Source: Camelus dromedarius
Lineage: Eukaryota
NCBI RefSeq assembly: GCF_036321535.1
Contig: NC_087436.1
Location: 92,566,001 to 92,630,000, forward strand
DNA length: 64,000 nucleotides
Reading direction: 5' to 3'
Shown here one piece after another: positions 13,923 to 26,125 of the stretch. A program made the position numbers and the translations under genes. Positions within the stretch are counted from its first letter, which is position 1; each line of letters opens with the position of its first letter. The notes beneath the pieces are model-generated. The model was not told the DNA's origin. It ran no database searches and was given only the letters and a program-made list of their open reading frames with translations.

Positions 13923-14040
13923 GGGGGAAGGTATAGCTCAAGTGGTAGAGCACATGTTCAGCATGCACAAGGGCCTGGGTTCAATACCCAGGGCCTCATC
14001 AAAAAATAAACCTAATTACCTCCCCCACAAAAAAACAAAA
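13923..14040 (+). mobile_element. Camelid tRNA-derived SINE (Vic-1-like), copy 1
   Basis: GGGGGAAGGTATAGCTCAAGTGGTAGAGC head with A box, GGTTCAATACC B box, CCTAATTACCTCCCC and an A-rich tail. TSD aaaggaaaa(c/t)ccca at 13909-13922 and 14043-14056; TT/AAAA target site. Confidence 0.88.
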
Positions 14041-14082
14041 AGAAAGGAAAATCCCATATTTGTAGTCTAAACCTGTCCATTG

Positions 14083-14088
<6 letters not shown>

Positions 14089-14123
<35 letters not shown>

Positions 14124-14124
14124 T
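14089..14124 (+). repeat. (CT)n microsatellite followed by a T run
   Basis: Read directly from sequence. Confidence 0.9.
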
Positions 14125-14513
14125 CCTCCCTGTTTTAACAAATTTTGAATACCCTGAGGTAAATGGCGGCCCTTGGCTGGCTAAGGGGAAAGGTTACAAA
14201 AATTGAGATACGTTGTTTAAATTACTGACGTAATTTAATAAATATTATCCTTTTACAAGAATAATTTATGTTCATAATTAGCATCACATGTGGTGGTCAG
14301 CCTGAAATACACTTAGGTATTTTAAATACTTAGTTTCTGTACACATAAACACACACATACGGCCTTGGCATTTCCACCATAAGATTTTGGAATAATTCCT
14401 CACCATTATTTATAAGAGTGGGTGGGCTTTTATAAGTATGGAAATTGCCCTACTTCTCTGTCCATAAAAAGACATTTCTAAGCAGAAGACAAAGAAAATT
14501 TACTCTTCTAGAC

Positions 14514-14844
14514 CAGTGATCAGCAAACTTCTCCTGTAAAAAATGCCAGAGAGTAAATATTTTAGGCGTTGTGGGCCATATGGTCCCTGTTGTAACCACT
14601 CAACGCTGATGTTGTAGCACAAAACAGCCACAGATGAACATAAGCGAGTGGATATGGCTGGATTCCAATAAAACTTTATTTATGGACACTGGAATTCGAA
14701 TTTCATGCCATTTTCAATCATTACAAAATATTCTCCTTTTGATTTTTTTCAACCATTAAAAGCAAAAATCATTCTTAATCGTGGGCTATATGAAGCAGGC
14801 AGCAGGCTAGATTTGGCCTCTGAGGTGTAGTTTGCCAACCCCTG
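14514..14844. mobile_element. MER58B-like hAT-Charlie MITE
   Basis: TIR-like ends cagtgatcagcaaact / agtttgccaacccctg. Flanks ttctagac / ccctagac match the 8-bp Charlie CTAGA-type TSD. Confidence 0.8.
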
Positions 14845-14938
14845 CCCTAGACCCCCTTTCCAAATTAGATATTTTAATTTCCTTCCTCCTCCCATTTATG
14901 ATGCACATTATTGTAGCAATAGCAGCAACTAAGGCCAG

Positions 14939-15074
14939 TTTTTTTCTTTTTAAAAATTTTTTTGTGGGGAGAGGTAATTAGGCTATTTATTTCTTTCTAA
15001 TGGAGGTACTAGGGATTGAACCCAGGACCTCATGCATGCTAAGCACACACTCTACCACTGAGCTATACCCTCCC
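14939..15074 (-). mobile_element. Camelid tRNA-derived SINE (Vic-1-like), copy 2
   Basis: Minus strand GGGAGGGTATAGCTCAGTGGTAGAG...GGTTCAATCCC...CCTAATTACCTC + poly(A). TSD ctaaggccag at 14929-14938 and 15077-15086. Confidence 0.9.
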
Positions 15075-17109
15075 AGCTAAGGCCAGGTTTAACTTACTGA
15101 CTTTACCGCCCTCTCCCTGCTTGTTGGCTCGTAGAGGAGAAATGCTGTCACACACCTGCACTAACAGTGAGTTTGTGACCTGGACAATCTGAACGACACC
15201 CTGCTTGGTTGGCAAAATACAGTCAACTGACTCACAGAAATTGCTCAAGACAAGGGCCATGGTTCTTGGTGTCTCCTTACCAGTCCCCTGAGTTCCTTCC
15301 CTGGTTGCACACTGGATGGCAGAGGCCAGACCACGGAGGACTCAGCCTGGATGGCAGGAAGAGAAGGTCTGCTGAAACCTTCATCTCTGCTGGCCCGGAG
15401 AGTACCCCTGCTGGAACCAGGTCCTCTGGCCGGTCACTGGAAGTACCATGCCTTGTGCTTTTGGCCAGTTCTTCACAAGAAAAGTGACTCCAGGAGTAAC
15501 ATGGAGGGAATCATTCAAATACCAAGCTCTAGATCTGGTTCCTTAACAGCCAGGTCACAATGAGTCATTAAGAAAAGTTTGCATCACAGTCCTTACGCCA
15601 TCTGTTTAAGAAAAAATTAAGTGTATGACACAGTTAGAAAATGTTCCAATCCAAATAGTTGAAATGTTCAGTGTTTTGTTTTTTCAAATCAGCTACCTGG
15701 AACATTCAGCTATCCAGAACAACTCATTCTGAGCAGGTCTGGGATAGCCCTATTTTACTGTAAAATTGCCTTTGGGGAGATTTGTCACTGTCACTCAGAG
15801 CGTGGGATTTGCCAGAGTCATTTATGGCAAAATGTGTGAGGTTAGATTCAACTAATTTTTATGTAACACTATTTNNNNNNNNNNNNNNNNNNNNNNNNNN
15901 NNNNNNNNNNNNNNNNNNNNNNNNNNNNNNNNNNNNNNNNNNNNNNNNNNNNNNNNNNNNNNNNNNNNNNNNNNNNNNNNNNNNNNNNNNNNNNNNNNNN
16001 NNNNNNAATATTCTAACATCTTGAAGGCAGAGCTAGACCTCAGAGGTTTCATTATAAGAAGGAAAAATAAATTATTCACACAAGACACACTCTGTTTAGG
16101 AGAACTTTATGTAAAATTGATGATAATTAGTGAATACTGGGGGTTTTGACTCATTAAAGGTAACTTTGTAAACACTTTTTTGTAAATGAAACATTAACTT
16201 ATTTGCATTGAGTTAAGTTCTTGCTATAGATTAAAAAAAAAATTTTGCCCTGAATAGAAAGATCACAAAATGACAGTTTTATAACACACTCTTTGGCGTG
16301 GAGGGTCTTTCTGAATAATGCTTAAGTTTCTAGTTTGTGTTTGGTACTATAGTACCTGTTTGCCGTGTGTTACCTTGTGTATTGGTCACATCAGTCTTGT
16401 AAGAAGGCTCAGAATTTAAGTAGCTTGCCCAATGCACCCACGTTCTCACCAACTCCAGAGTCTGCATTCATCCAGTAGGTGGTCCGTCTACTCACTGTAG
16501 GTCTGCTGCACCATGTGAATAGGGACATATTTAATTAGTCAATTGGATGTTTTATTTATGTGATACAAAAATTAAAGTTGATTCATTTTTTTTCAGTAAA
16601 TAGATTTTTTTTTTTTTACACAATTCACCCAACATACTTTGAGATTTAATATATTGATTAGCTTCTGCTTGGAAAACCCAGGTCCCCACACAGTTCTTAA
16701 GTCACTTGGCAAATTTGCAGAAAGCTAAAAAATTAGACTTCTTAAACAACCCCTTCACACTGAGCATTTGCCTGGCTGACAGTCTGAACGTGTTAGTATT
16801 GGAGGGAGTGTCATTCCATAATTTCATTTTTTTAATTAAAAAGCTCAGATTTCAAGGATCACAACTGAATTAAGCTTTCATTCCTGGATATTTCTTTCTG
16901 CAATTAAACACAATTTTTTTTCAGTAATAGATTGGTTATATAGTATATTAAAGTTGACTTTGGGGATTTCTTTTTTCATTCACACTTGTGTAATACTCAA
17001 GTCTCACTAAATGTTGTGGGTTGAAAAATAATTGGCCTCTGGAGCAGAGTTGCTATGTAGAAGAAGAATAAATAGACTTCCAAGCAGAGGCAACTGATCA
17101 TTTTTATCT

Positions 17110-17480
17110 AGCTTGAAATCGTTTTTTCCTGAAAGAGGGCAGAGAACACTCTGTGGAAAGGCTATGAGGTTGGCAATACAGGAGCAAGGGGTAAATGGGG
17201 CACCTGAGAAGCTAGAGAGAGGGATGGAGACCTGTGTACCAGGCTAAGGGATTTTCATTTCACTCAGAATGTGCTGGGAAGCCATTAAATGATGTTTACC
17301 GGGAAAAAGGCATCATTGAGATTCACATTTTCAAAAGGTCACTCTACACAGTAAGTCTAGAGATATTGCAGAGGATACAGTAGAAGGTGTAGAGTTGGAG
17401 AAACAGAGACTGGGTGGGAGACTCTGAGTAATCCAAGAGAAATTACTCAGGCCAGATCTGGAAAAGCTGAGGGAGATATC
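17110..17480 (-). mobile_element. L2 remnant
   Basis: ctgggaagccattaaatgatgttt...attcacattttcaaaaggtcactct, typical reverse-strand L2 text. Confidence 0.55.
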
Positions 17481-17849
17481 TTTGAACATATAGCCAGGTC
17501 TAGTTTAGTGGCATTTCCATCAAAAAAGCAAATACAAGTCCATGTCCTAATTGGTCCACTAAATGCTCTGCAAGGTCCTCCACTATAAAACAAGTAGGTC
17601 ACGCATGAAACAATTTTCCATGCATTACTGGGATCTCAAGATGAGGGAAAATTTTCAAGAGAAAAAAAGAAAACTTTAGCAGTAACTATATGGAAAATTT
17701 GCCTTCAAGCCCTGCGTTGGTGAGTCCAAGCTGTGGGCTAGTTGCAAATTGAAAGAGCTGAATTGTGAACCTTCATGTTAGGCTGGAAAAACTAGAAGGA
17801 GGGTAAAGTTGCCACAGGTTCTTTCGATCCCCTGACACCTAGAAGAAGC

Positions 17850-20110
17850 AAATGCATATCCTCTCAGGGGAAAAAAAAAATGTGTCTTCATGCAAATATG
17901 AACTCACAATCAAAGACAAAAACAAACTCACTTGAGGGGAAAAATACCATAAGTGAGAGTCAGCAGACACCACAAAATATAGATCTAGATTCCCTAAGAC
18001 TTCAGAATTTGGAATTATCTGATACAGAATATTTTTAAAATTATATGGATTTTTAAAAAGAAAGATGGAATTAAAAATAAGCAATTAAGAAGAGACAAGC
18101 CTATTAAAAGTTACCAGAGAAACTTAATAAATAACTAAATATAGCTTTTTAAAAGTAAAAGTTATTATAATATAAAACACAATAGATAGGTTAAATGGTA
18201 GATTAGACACAGGTAGAAAGAAAGAACTGGTAAACTAGAAGATATATTTTAAAATGTTTTCCAGAATACAGCAAAAGAGAGCTATAAAATGATAATATGA
18301 ACAAAGGATTAAGAGATGTTAAAAGTAGAACAAGAGTTCTTACATGCATATATTTTGAGTTCCAGAATAAAAAACAGAAATAGTGAAGGGAAGGCAACAT
18401 TTAAAAATACAAAGGCTGAGAATTTTCCAGAAAGATGATGAAAGACACAAGTACACATATACATAAAGCACAACCTGTACCAAACAGAACAGATAAAAAG
18501 AAATCCACACATACCCACATAGTAATGGTGCTGCAGAAAATCAAAGAAAAAGAGAAGAGCTTAAAGGCAGGCAGCAAGAAAAGACAAATTACCTTCAAAA
18601 AAATGACAATTAGACTTACAGCCAACTTCTCATAACAATAATGGAAGCCAAAAGATAATAAAATAAAATCTCAGAGATACTGAGAGAAATGTATACGGTC
18701 AAAAGTTGAATATAGTCAGCAAAACTTAGAGTTTTGAGTTAAGAATGAGGAAAAAACAAGACATCAGAGAAGGGAAAATTAAGTGACTGAAATTAAGACA
18801 TTCTAGAGTAATTTTTTGCTCAGGAGAGGGGGCTAAGGCATGAACTTAACTCTTATTCACACTTGTTAAATATGAATAATGATATTTCAGATGTACAGAT
18901 GGAAGAATAGAAATAGCATCCACATTTTCAATCCAGTAGGTGGAAAAAATGAAATAAGAAACAATAATGAACATAAACGCAAGCAACTTTTAAAAGAAAA
19001 GGAGAAAAAATTGATGATAACAGCAAGTTCATATATGTCAGTAATCACAATAGATGTAAATTGACTAAAACAATGGAAAAAATAGACAAAAAACTAATTA
19101 TAGTCTCTTTACAAGAGGCACACTTCAAACATATGGACTTAGAAATGCTGAAAGTAAAAAGGTTTTTAAATGCCAGGCAAATATTTACTTTTAAAAGGTG
19201 GTAAGGTTGTATTAATATCAGACAAAGTGAACTTAGAGTTGAAGGCATTATTAGGGAATGGGACAGTCACTATATTTTGATAAATTCACCAGGAATATAG
19301 AATAATTCTAAACTTGTATGCACCCAATAATGAAACATTCATGTACATAGAGAAAAGTCAATAGAACCACAGAAGAATGTTGACAAATAACACATTAGAA
19401 GGTTCCAACAGATCTATCTCAGTTATTCATATGTCAAGAATATAATAAATCTTTGTGAAATTTTGGAAATTGAAAACTTAAAAAATGAACAATCAGTTTG
19501 ATTTATTAGGCAGTTAAAAAACCCTACTTTTTATCACTTATATGTGGAATCTAAAAAAATGAAGTAAATGAACTTATTTACAAAATAGAAACAGACTCAC
19601 AGACACAGGAAACAAACTTATGGTTACCAGGGGGAAAGGGGGTGGAGAAGGATAAATGAGGAGTTTGGGATTAACGGATATGAACCACCATATACAAAAT
19701 AGAGATACAGCAAGGTCCTACTGTATAACACAGGGAACTATATCCAATAGCTTTTAATATCCTATAATGAAAAAGAATATGTATATATGTATAACTGAAT
19801 CACTAGGCTGTGTATCAGAAACTAAAACAATGTTGTAAATCAACTATAGTTCAATTTAGAAAACCATATCTTTAACAGTTAAATAATACACAATCTTTAA
19901 AAAAAATTATACAATCTTCCTCAATACATACAAAATATATTAAAACTTGACCACATGCTAATTCATAAGTCATCTCCAAATATTACATATTTCAATGACT
20001 GAGTAGTATACAGATTATAGTCTATAAAAATTTTATGAAATGCAATAATAAATGTTACTGGGAGAGCTAGTTATCCATATAGGAAAAAAACAGGGTTTTT
20101 ATCTTACACC
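17850..20110 (+). mobile_element. Degraded L1ME-type element (ORF1 and start of ORF2), interrupted at 19532-19859
   Basis: A-rich + strand with ORF1 motifs (caattagacttacagccaacttctca) and an endonuclease-start-like segment (tcagtaatcacaatagatgtaaattgactaaa). Confidence 0.7.
19532..19859 (+). mobile_element. 5'-truncated cetartiodactyl-type L1 3' end nested in the older L1
   Basis: TATCACTTATATGTGGAATCTAA (SLICGI*) followed by the L1 3' UTR. Degenerate TSD aaaaccctacttt / aaaaccatatcttt. Confidence 0.85.
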
Positions 20111-20639
20111 ATGCATGTTAATCAAAGATACTAGGAAATAAATGGTTAAGCAGCAGATCTGTAATTCATTCTCTCCAGCTGGGAAATGAGAAGCAATGAC
20201 TCCAGGAAAGAAAGAACATAGTCTAATCTCCTTGTAAACATACTCATGACAGACATCTTGGCAAATGAATGACTGGAATTTGTGACTAGAAAGGTCCTTA
20301 CCCATGGAACGCTTTTAGCAGATTGTCTAGAACTGGTCATGGTAAACAAACTTGCGATCTATGGATTGATGGTGTATAGATGGAGACTTTTTGCTTTCAA
20401 AATGACCTCCTTCTGTATCGGTGACGTGAATCTCACACACTGCTTAGAGACTTCTTTTATTAATCTGGGACCAGCGTACATCCAGTGTAGCAAGAAAGGA
20501 TCTGAAGAGCAATGTGGATGGTCTCCGACCTCCGCCTTCTGTGCCTGCGCCTCAGAATTACCTGTATCCTTTAAATTATTGATAAACTTAACAGCGGGTG
20601 AGACGTCTGATCCACATGAGCCTGATTTGAGAATCTGAC

Positions 20640-20911
20640 CCACAAAGAAGGCAGAGAGGGAGAGATTTGAAGATGTAACGCTGCTGGCTTTGACAATGCA
20701 AGAAGGGGCAACAAGCCGAGAAATGCAGACAGCCACTGAAAGCTGGGAAAGGCAAGGGAACAGCTTTTCCCCTGGGGACCCCAGAAGGAATGCAGCCCTG
20801 CTGATCTATTTTACACTTTGGATCTCCACCACTGTAAGATAACATTTTTATGTTGTTTCTAGCTGCTGAATTTGTAGTAATTTGTTACAGCAGCAATAAG
20901 AAACTAATACA
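20640..20911 (+). mobile_element. MLT1D-like MaLR LTR, 3' part
   Basis: gagagatttgaagatgtaacgctgctggctttg...gtaatttgttacagcagcaataagaaactaataca. Confidence 0.8.
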
Positions 20912-22566
20912 TTATGAGAAGAAGTCAAGAGGTTGGGGCAGCAAAGTCCCACACAGATGCAACAGTATTGGTTAATGTGCTAATTTCTAAGCTGAGTGAA
21001 GGCTTCATGAATATCTATCCTGTAAGTATGCTTAATAACATACGTAACTCATGTTCTTTTTTTAAAGTATCAAACATTATTCTGAAAAACTTCCGCACAC
21101 ACACAGACACACAAAGGTGAATGCAGAAGGGCAGCAGGTCTGGGAAGAGAATAATGAAATTTTTTTCTCCTCCCACAGGTTGCATTTGAGCCACTGATGA
21201 AATATTCATCAAGAGAGGTTTAGAAGGGAGAGAGAGGAGTCAGGAGCTCAGGTGAGGTCTGGAATCTTCATCCTCTGGGTGGTAACTGAGTCAGTGAGTG
21301 AGTTATGAAGCCCTGGGATGAGCCTTGATTAAAGGACAGAAGAAACTCACAAAGGCAACTGAGGAGCATGCTCAGGTTGAAGAAAACACAGAGAGAATAA
21401 CTGATACATCATTTAAGTATTTTGTCATTTGTGCACATGTGTTTTTAAGTTCATAGTGGTGCGATTCTCAAGAAACTCAGTGATAACCCTCCTGGAAAAG
21501 TATTGGCCATTTCAGATGCACCAGAACCTGGGAGCTCTTATTGATCTTCCAAGGAGGCCCAGACTGCCCTGCTTGGCCCTCCCGAAATCTCAGCCCGCAG
21601 GCTCACGGAGGGGAGGGGGCTGGGGGTGCTGGGCACTGTGGGCTGCTCCACTTAGAGTCACTTAGAAAGTACCTACTTCTTACCTTTGACCTGTTGCATT
21701 TATTTGCAAGGATGCATCCACATCTGAGATGGAGACTTCTTGATGAGACTGAAAAAATAATTTTGGCGGTAGCTGCTCTTCTCAAATTTTAGGTCAATGA
21801 CTTAACCCTGCGTGGCTGTTGGTGCTGCCACCGCTCTCCATCCATCTTGTGTTTGACCAGGACTCCACACTCATGTGAGCTGCCAGGCTGCGCTTTTCAC
21901 AACACTCTTGTCGCTGTTCACTTCTCAGATCTGCAGGTGAAATAATGGGCATAGGAAATTATGAAAATTATAAGCAATTCTACAGAAAATAAAAGTAATT
22001 GGGGGTCATGGTGGGAGCACTGTTTACATTTGGCACTCAGATGAGTATTTCACACTTTGGGTATGCAGACCACATGGGGTTAGGAGTTGTTTTGTTTTTA
22101 AAGCACACTGTGTGTTTAGTCCTTGTCACTTTCAATCTGAACACACGAGAACTGCAAAATGCAGCATCTGCTCTCTAAAGCATCATGCCAGAGCTCCAGA
22201 CATCTGCAAAACACCCTGGGTTTTACTGCCACTGAAGGATAGTAATCTCTGAGGGGGAATGAATTAGCAGCTTGACTTCTTAGTATTCACAAACATTTTA
22301 ATAGTGATAACCTATGGGTATTTTCTTTCTCTTATCTACAAGTCTATCTCCTTTCCTTTTCTTCCAAGTTCTGACCTAAGGAAAGGGCCTAAGAGTAAGA
22401 ACACAGACATTTGTAATAAATAAAAACGTATGAACATGCTTTAATAATTCAAAAATTTGAAGAAGCAAGATATATTCCTAGAGATTCCATTTTTCCCCCT
22501 AACCAGCCCTTGAAATTAAGAATTGAATGTCATATTAACATATAAACTCATATAGGAAACAGCATG

Positions 22567-22580
22567 GTGCCATCTGTTGG
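22567..22580 (-). promoter_or_regulatory. CTCF-like core motif
   Basis: Minus strand CCAACAGATGGCAC versus consensus CCASYAGRKGGCRS (one mismatch), in apparently non-repeat DNA. Confidence 0.5.
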
Positions 22581-23059
22581 TGAGTTCTTGGGTATTGCTG
22601 GTCCTTTTAGTATTTCAGGATGTTGAGATTATCTTTACTCATTCATTCAGTTATACTAACACTTATTATGCACCAAAATCTACAGTGAGTACAATGGAAA
22701 TTAAGGTAAGACATGATAACCAAAATTTAATGTGAGTTTGGCACTTGTGTTCTATTCCAAAGTTCTAGAATTCCACTCTTTTACATAGTGCAGCACAGAT
22801 GATGCCACAGTTTTATATTTTAGGGAACTGCATACAATCCTTTGCTAGTCATTTTAGTAACTAAACACAGATTTAGTAATCCTAGATCTTTTTGTTCATA
22901 AGGATTCTGTGAGCCGAACAACACACTGGTACTCGTTTGAAATCTTCAGAATTCTTCAACTCTGATTAAACAAAATGAGAATCATCCTGCTAGCTAATAG
23001 ATATTTACCAGATGATATATTTAGGGTAAAATTTTAATAGAGAATAAAAAGCAAGTAGC

Positions 23060-24950
23060 TATTATAAAAATGTATTTCTCATTAAATTAAAAATAAATCC
23101 TTCCTTGAGCCTCACTCCCCAGCATCTCCATTATTTTGGTTCTCTGCAAATCAAAATTTCTTGAAGGAGTAGTGAATTTCTATCATTGATTTTTTAATAA
23201 TCTACTCCAGTCAGCCTTTTGTGCCCCACTACACACAAAGACACAAAAACGCATACACACACACACTGAAACCATCAAGTTCACCAATAGTCTCCACGTT
23301 GCCAAATCCAATGGCCCATTCTCAGTCTACATTGTATCTAACCTCTCAGCAGCCTCTTACTCAGTAGCTGCTGTCTCTTTCCTAACACTTTTTTTTACCT
23401 GGTTTGTAGATCATCTCACTCTCCTGGTTGGTTTCCCTTTGGGGCTACTTCTTTCTGAGGCTTTTTCCAAAGATTATCCCTCTCTCCAAGACCTCTAAGT
23501 CATAAACTACTCCAAGGGTTCAATCTTCAGATATTTCTTTTTTTATTACATTCTCTCCTATCCAACAGAAAGGTAATGCGAGCCACATATGTAATTTTTA
23601 ATCTTCTAGTAGCCACATTGTTAAAAGAAAAAAGCAAAAAGAAACAGGTAAAATTAATTTTCATGACATGTTTTTATGTCAGTACATACAAAGTATTATC
23701 ATTTCAGCATGCAATCAATATTAAAACTAGTGAGTTATTTTACACTTTTTGTACCAAGTCTTTGAAATGTGTTACGTATTTTACATTTAGAGTACATCTT
23801 AATTCAGATGCTACACTTTCATAAAAAAAAAGGTCTGGTCTCCATCTTGTAGGAAATGCCTGATTTCATAACATTTACAGTTGAAAACTATACCTAAGTC
23901 TTTCCAAGCATACTTAAAAGTTTTCCGATAGCAGAATGAAGTGTTCATTTTTACATTTAAATTTAAAGTAATTAACATTAAACAAAATTCAGTTCCTTGG
24001 TTCCACTAGCTGCATGTTAAGTGCTCCATAGCCACATGTGGCCACTAGCAGCTACCATATCGGAAAGCACGGCTCCAGATGATGCTGTGAGTCTCCTGTG
24101 TTTAAACCGTATCTTTATGCCCCCCATTAGATCTCCAGCATGGAACTCTCCCCTGACCAATATGTCCAAATGTGTGTTCAACATCTTACTTAGATATCTA
24201 ATGGGCAAACCAAATTTAGGATTTGATTTTGCTTTGGCATCCTTCCCCACTTGTACCTACCCTCGACAGGGGAAGTCTTTGATTTCTCTTTTTCTCTCAC
24301 ACTGCCACAACCAACCTATCAAGTTTCCTTTTAAATTATATTCAGAATCTGACCATTTTTCACTCGCTCCGTAGGGCCCTAGTCAAGCCACCAGCACCTC
24401 CCTCCTGGACCAGTGGAGTGGCTCCTGCGTCTCCCAGCTCCTGCTATCCTTGTCCTTCTACAATCCAGCCTCCAAACGGCACCATAACAAAGGTATACAA
24501 TGGAAATCAAATCATATCTCTTCGTGATTCAAAATCCATCACTGTCTTCCGGTCCCTCTCTTAACAGTATGTTCAGGTCTTGCAAGATCTGCCTCCCATC
24601 TCCCTCTCCAGTCTGGCCTCTGGTCACTCTGCCCCAGCCCATCACTTTCCAGTCCCACTGGCTTCCTTGATCACATCAAGCTCATGAGGTCCCAACAGCC
24701 TGGCGTCTCTTTCTCTGATGTTCGCGTGGCTTGCTCCTTCATCCCAGGCGCTGCTTGCGTGTCACCTGGCCGTCCCATCCAAGCAGGCGCCCCCCTCCTC
24801 CGTCCCCTACCCCCAACCCACTTGGCTCTCCTCCCGCCACTGAATGTTCCTTCCTAAGAGCCATCACCACCTGGGAGTCTAGCCTAGGTTTGTTTGGTTA
24901 TTGCCTGCCTTCCCATCTAGGGAGTAAGCTCCTTGAGGGCAGAACTTGAA
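23060..24950 (+). mobile_element. L2a fragment (ORF2 to 3' end) interrupted by a DNA transposon
   Basis: ctccacgttgccaaatccaatgg; acactgccacaaccaacc...aagtttcc; gtaagctccttgagggcag 3' tail. Confidence 0.75.
23553..24072. mobile_element. MER33/Charlie5-like hAT element nested in L2
   Basis: atccaacagaa...gagccacatatgtaattt...tagccacatgtggc...gctaccatatcggaaagcac. Confidence 0.7.
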
Positions 24951-25019
24951 ATACTTCTTCTGTTCCTCTGGAATTTCTGATTCCATGTGTGAGGAGCTTA
25001 GCGGTCACCATTCTGTCAT

Positions 25020-25947
25020 AACAACAAGTAAAAAGCTAAACAGACTAAAAACCAACAACTCCTCTTGGACCCGTAAGAGAGGGGAGGACACAGGGCAAAA
25101 CACTGCCCCTAAGATGGGAAAGACTGACAGGCGAATGCAGGCAGTCACAGCTTACTGGAGCAGAGACTCAGGAGCGGAAACCAGCAGAGGAACCAGGGCA
25201 GTGGCAGGGAAACTGGGACTGTGATTGATGAATTGCTAGAGGCTGGAAGCTAAGAACTCAGTGGTAAGGGGGGCAGGGGCAGTCTTGGGGCAGGGGCATA
25301 ACACCTCCAAGAGCTCAACTGAATTCCCGCAATAAACATGGGAGAAGAATCCCTCAAGCTTCCACCAGGATTGGGAAAAAGAAACCGCTTTGCGACAGGC
25401 CAGAGTGCCCTGTCCCTCTTGACAATGCCCGCACTGGTGGGAGACTAGTTAACCAGAGGCGAACCTGCCGGGGCATTATCAGAACCTAACTGACCTGGAG
25501 AAGAGAATACCCAATCCCAGCCCACTGTAGCCATCCTGTCCCGCCTAAGGGAAAGAAAACAAATGAGAAGCACGCGTGAGGTCCACAGCTCAGGCGCACA
25601 GGATCACTAGGAGACAGAGACTTAATCGTATGACTATGGAACACTTCCCTCCCCCACACCTCACTGTCACCTTAGTAAAGCCCTATTTATCCAGTAGTTC
25701 CTGTCCAGCTATCAAGAAAAAGTTACAGGGCATACTAAAAGGCCAAAAACACAATTTGCAGATGCAGAGCAAGCAACAGAACCAGACATGGCAGGGTGTT
25801 GGAATAATCAGATCAGGAATCTAAAACAGCTATGATTAATATGCTAAGGGCACTAATGGATAAAGTAGCCTCATGCAAGAAAAGATGGGCAATGTAAGCA
25901 GAGAGATGGAAATCCTAAGAAAGAACCAAAAAGAGATACTAAAGATC
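25020..25947 (+). mobile_element. Old L1M (L1MD-like) 5' UTR and ORF1 start
   Basis: cagagcaagcaacagaaccagacatggcaggg...gctatgattaatatgctaaggg...gtaagcagagagatggaaatcctaagaaagaacc. Confidence 0.7.
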
Positions 25948-26125
25948 TTTTGTTCATCTGTTTATTTAATGAGGTTTCACCAGACAGAGAACCATGCCAT
26001 CGCTGAATGAACAATTATGCATGAATAACATTTAAAGAACACATATAATAATAACATGAATAACTTGTTATTTGTATTTTGAAGCATTTTATTGCCATTT
26101 AAGTAATATTTGTCCTGACCGTCAC

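Noticed and set aside
13923-14000. tRNA-like sequence with A and B boxes (also 15074-15000)
   Set aside because: Followed by a non-tRNA body and poly(A) and flanked by TSDs, so SINEs rather than tRNA genes.
20200-20340. Faint resemblance of one frame to the LDH N-terminus (ILMTDILANE / HGTLL) and of others to UBE2/MOB1-like words
   Set aside because: Only a few scattered residues, not collinear over the block, and too diverged to fit the retained CpGs; no parent gene assigned.
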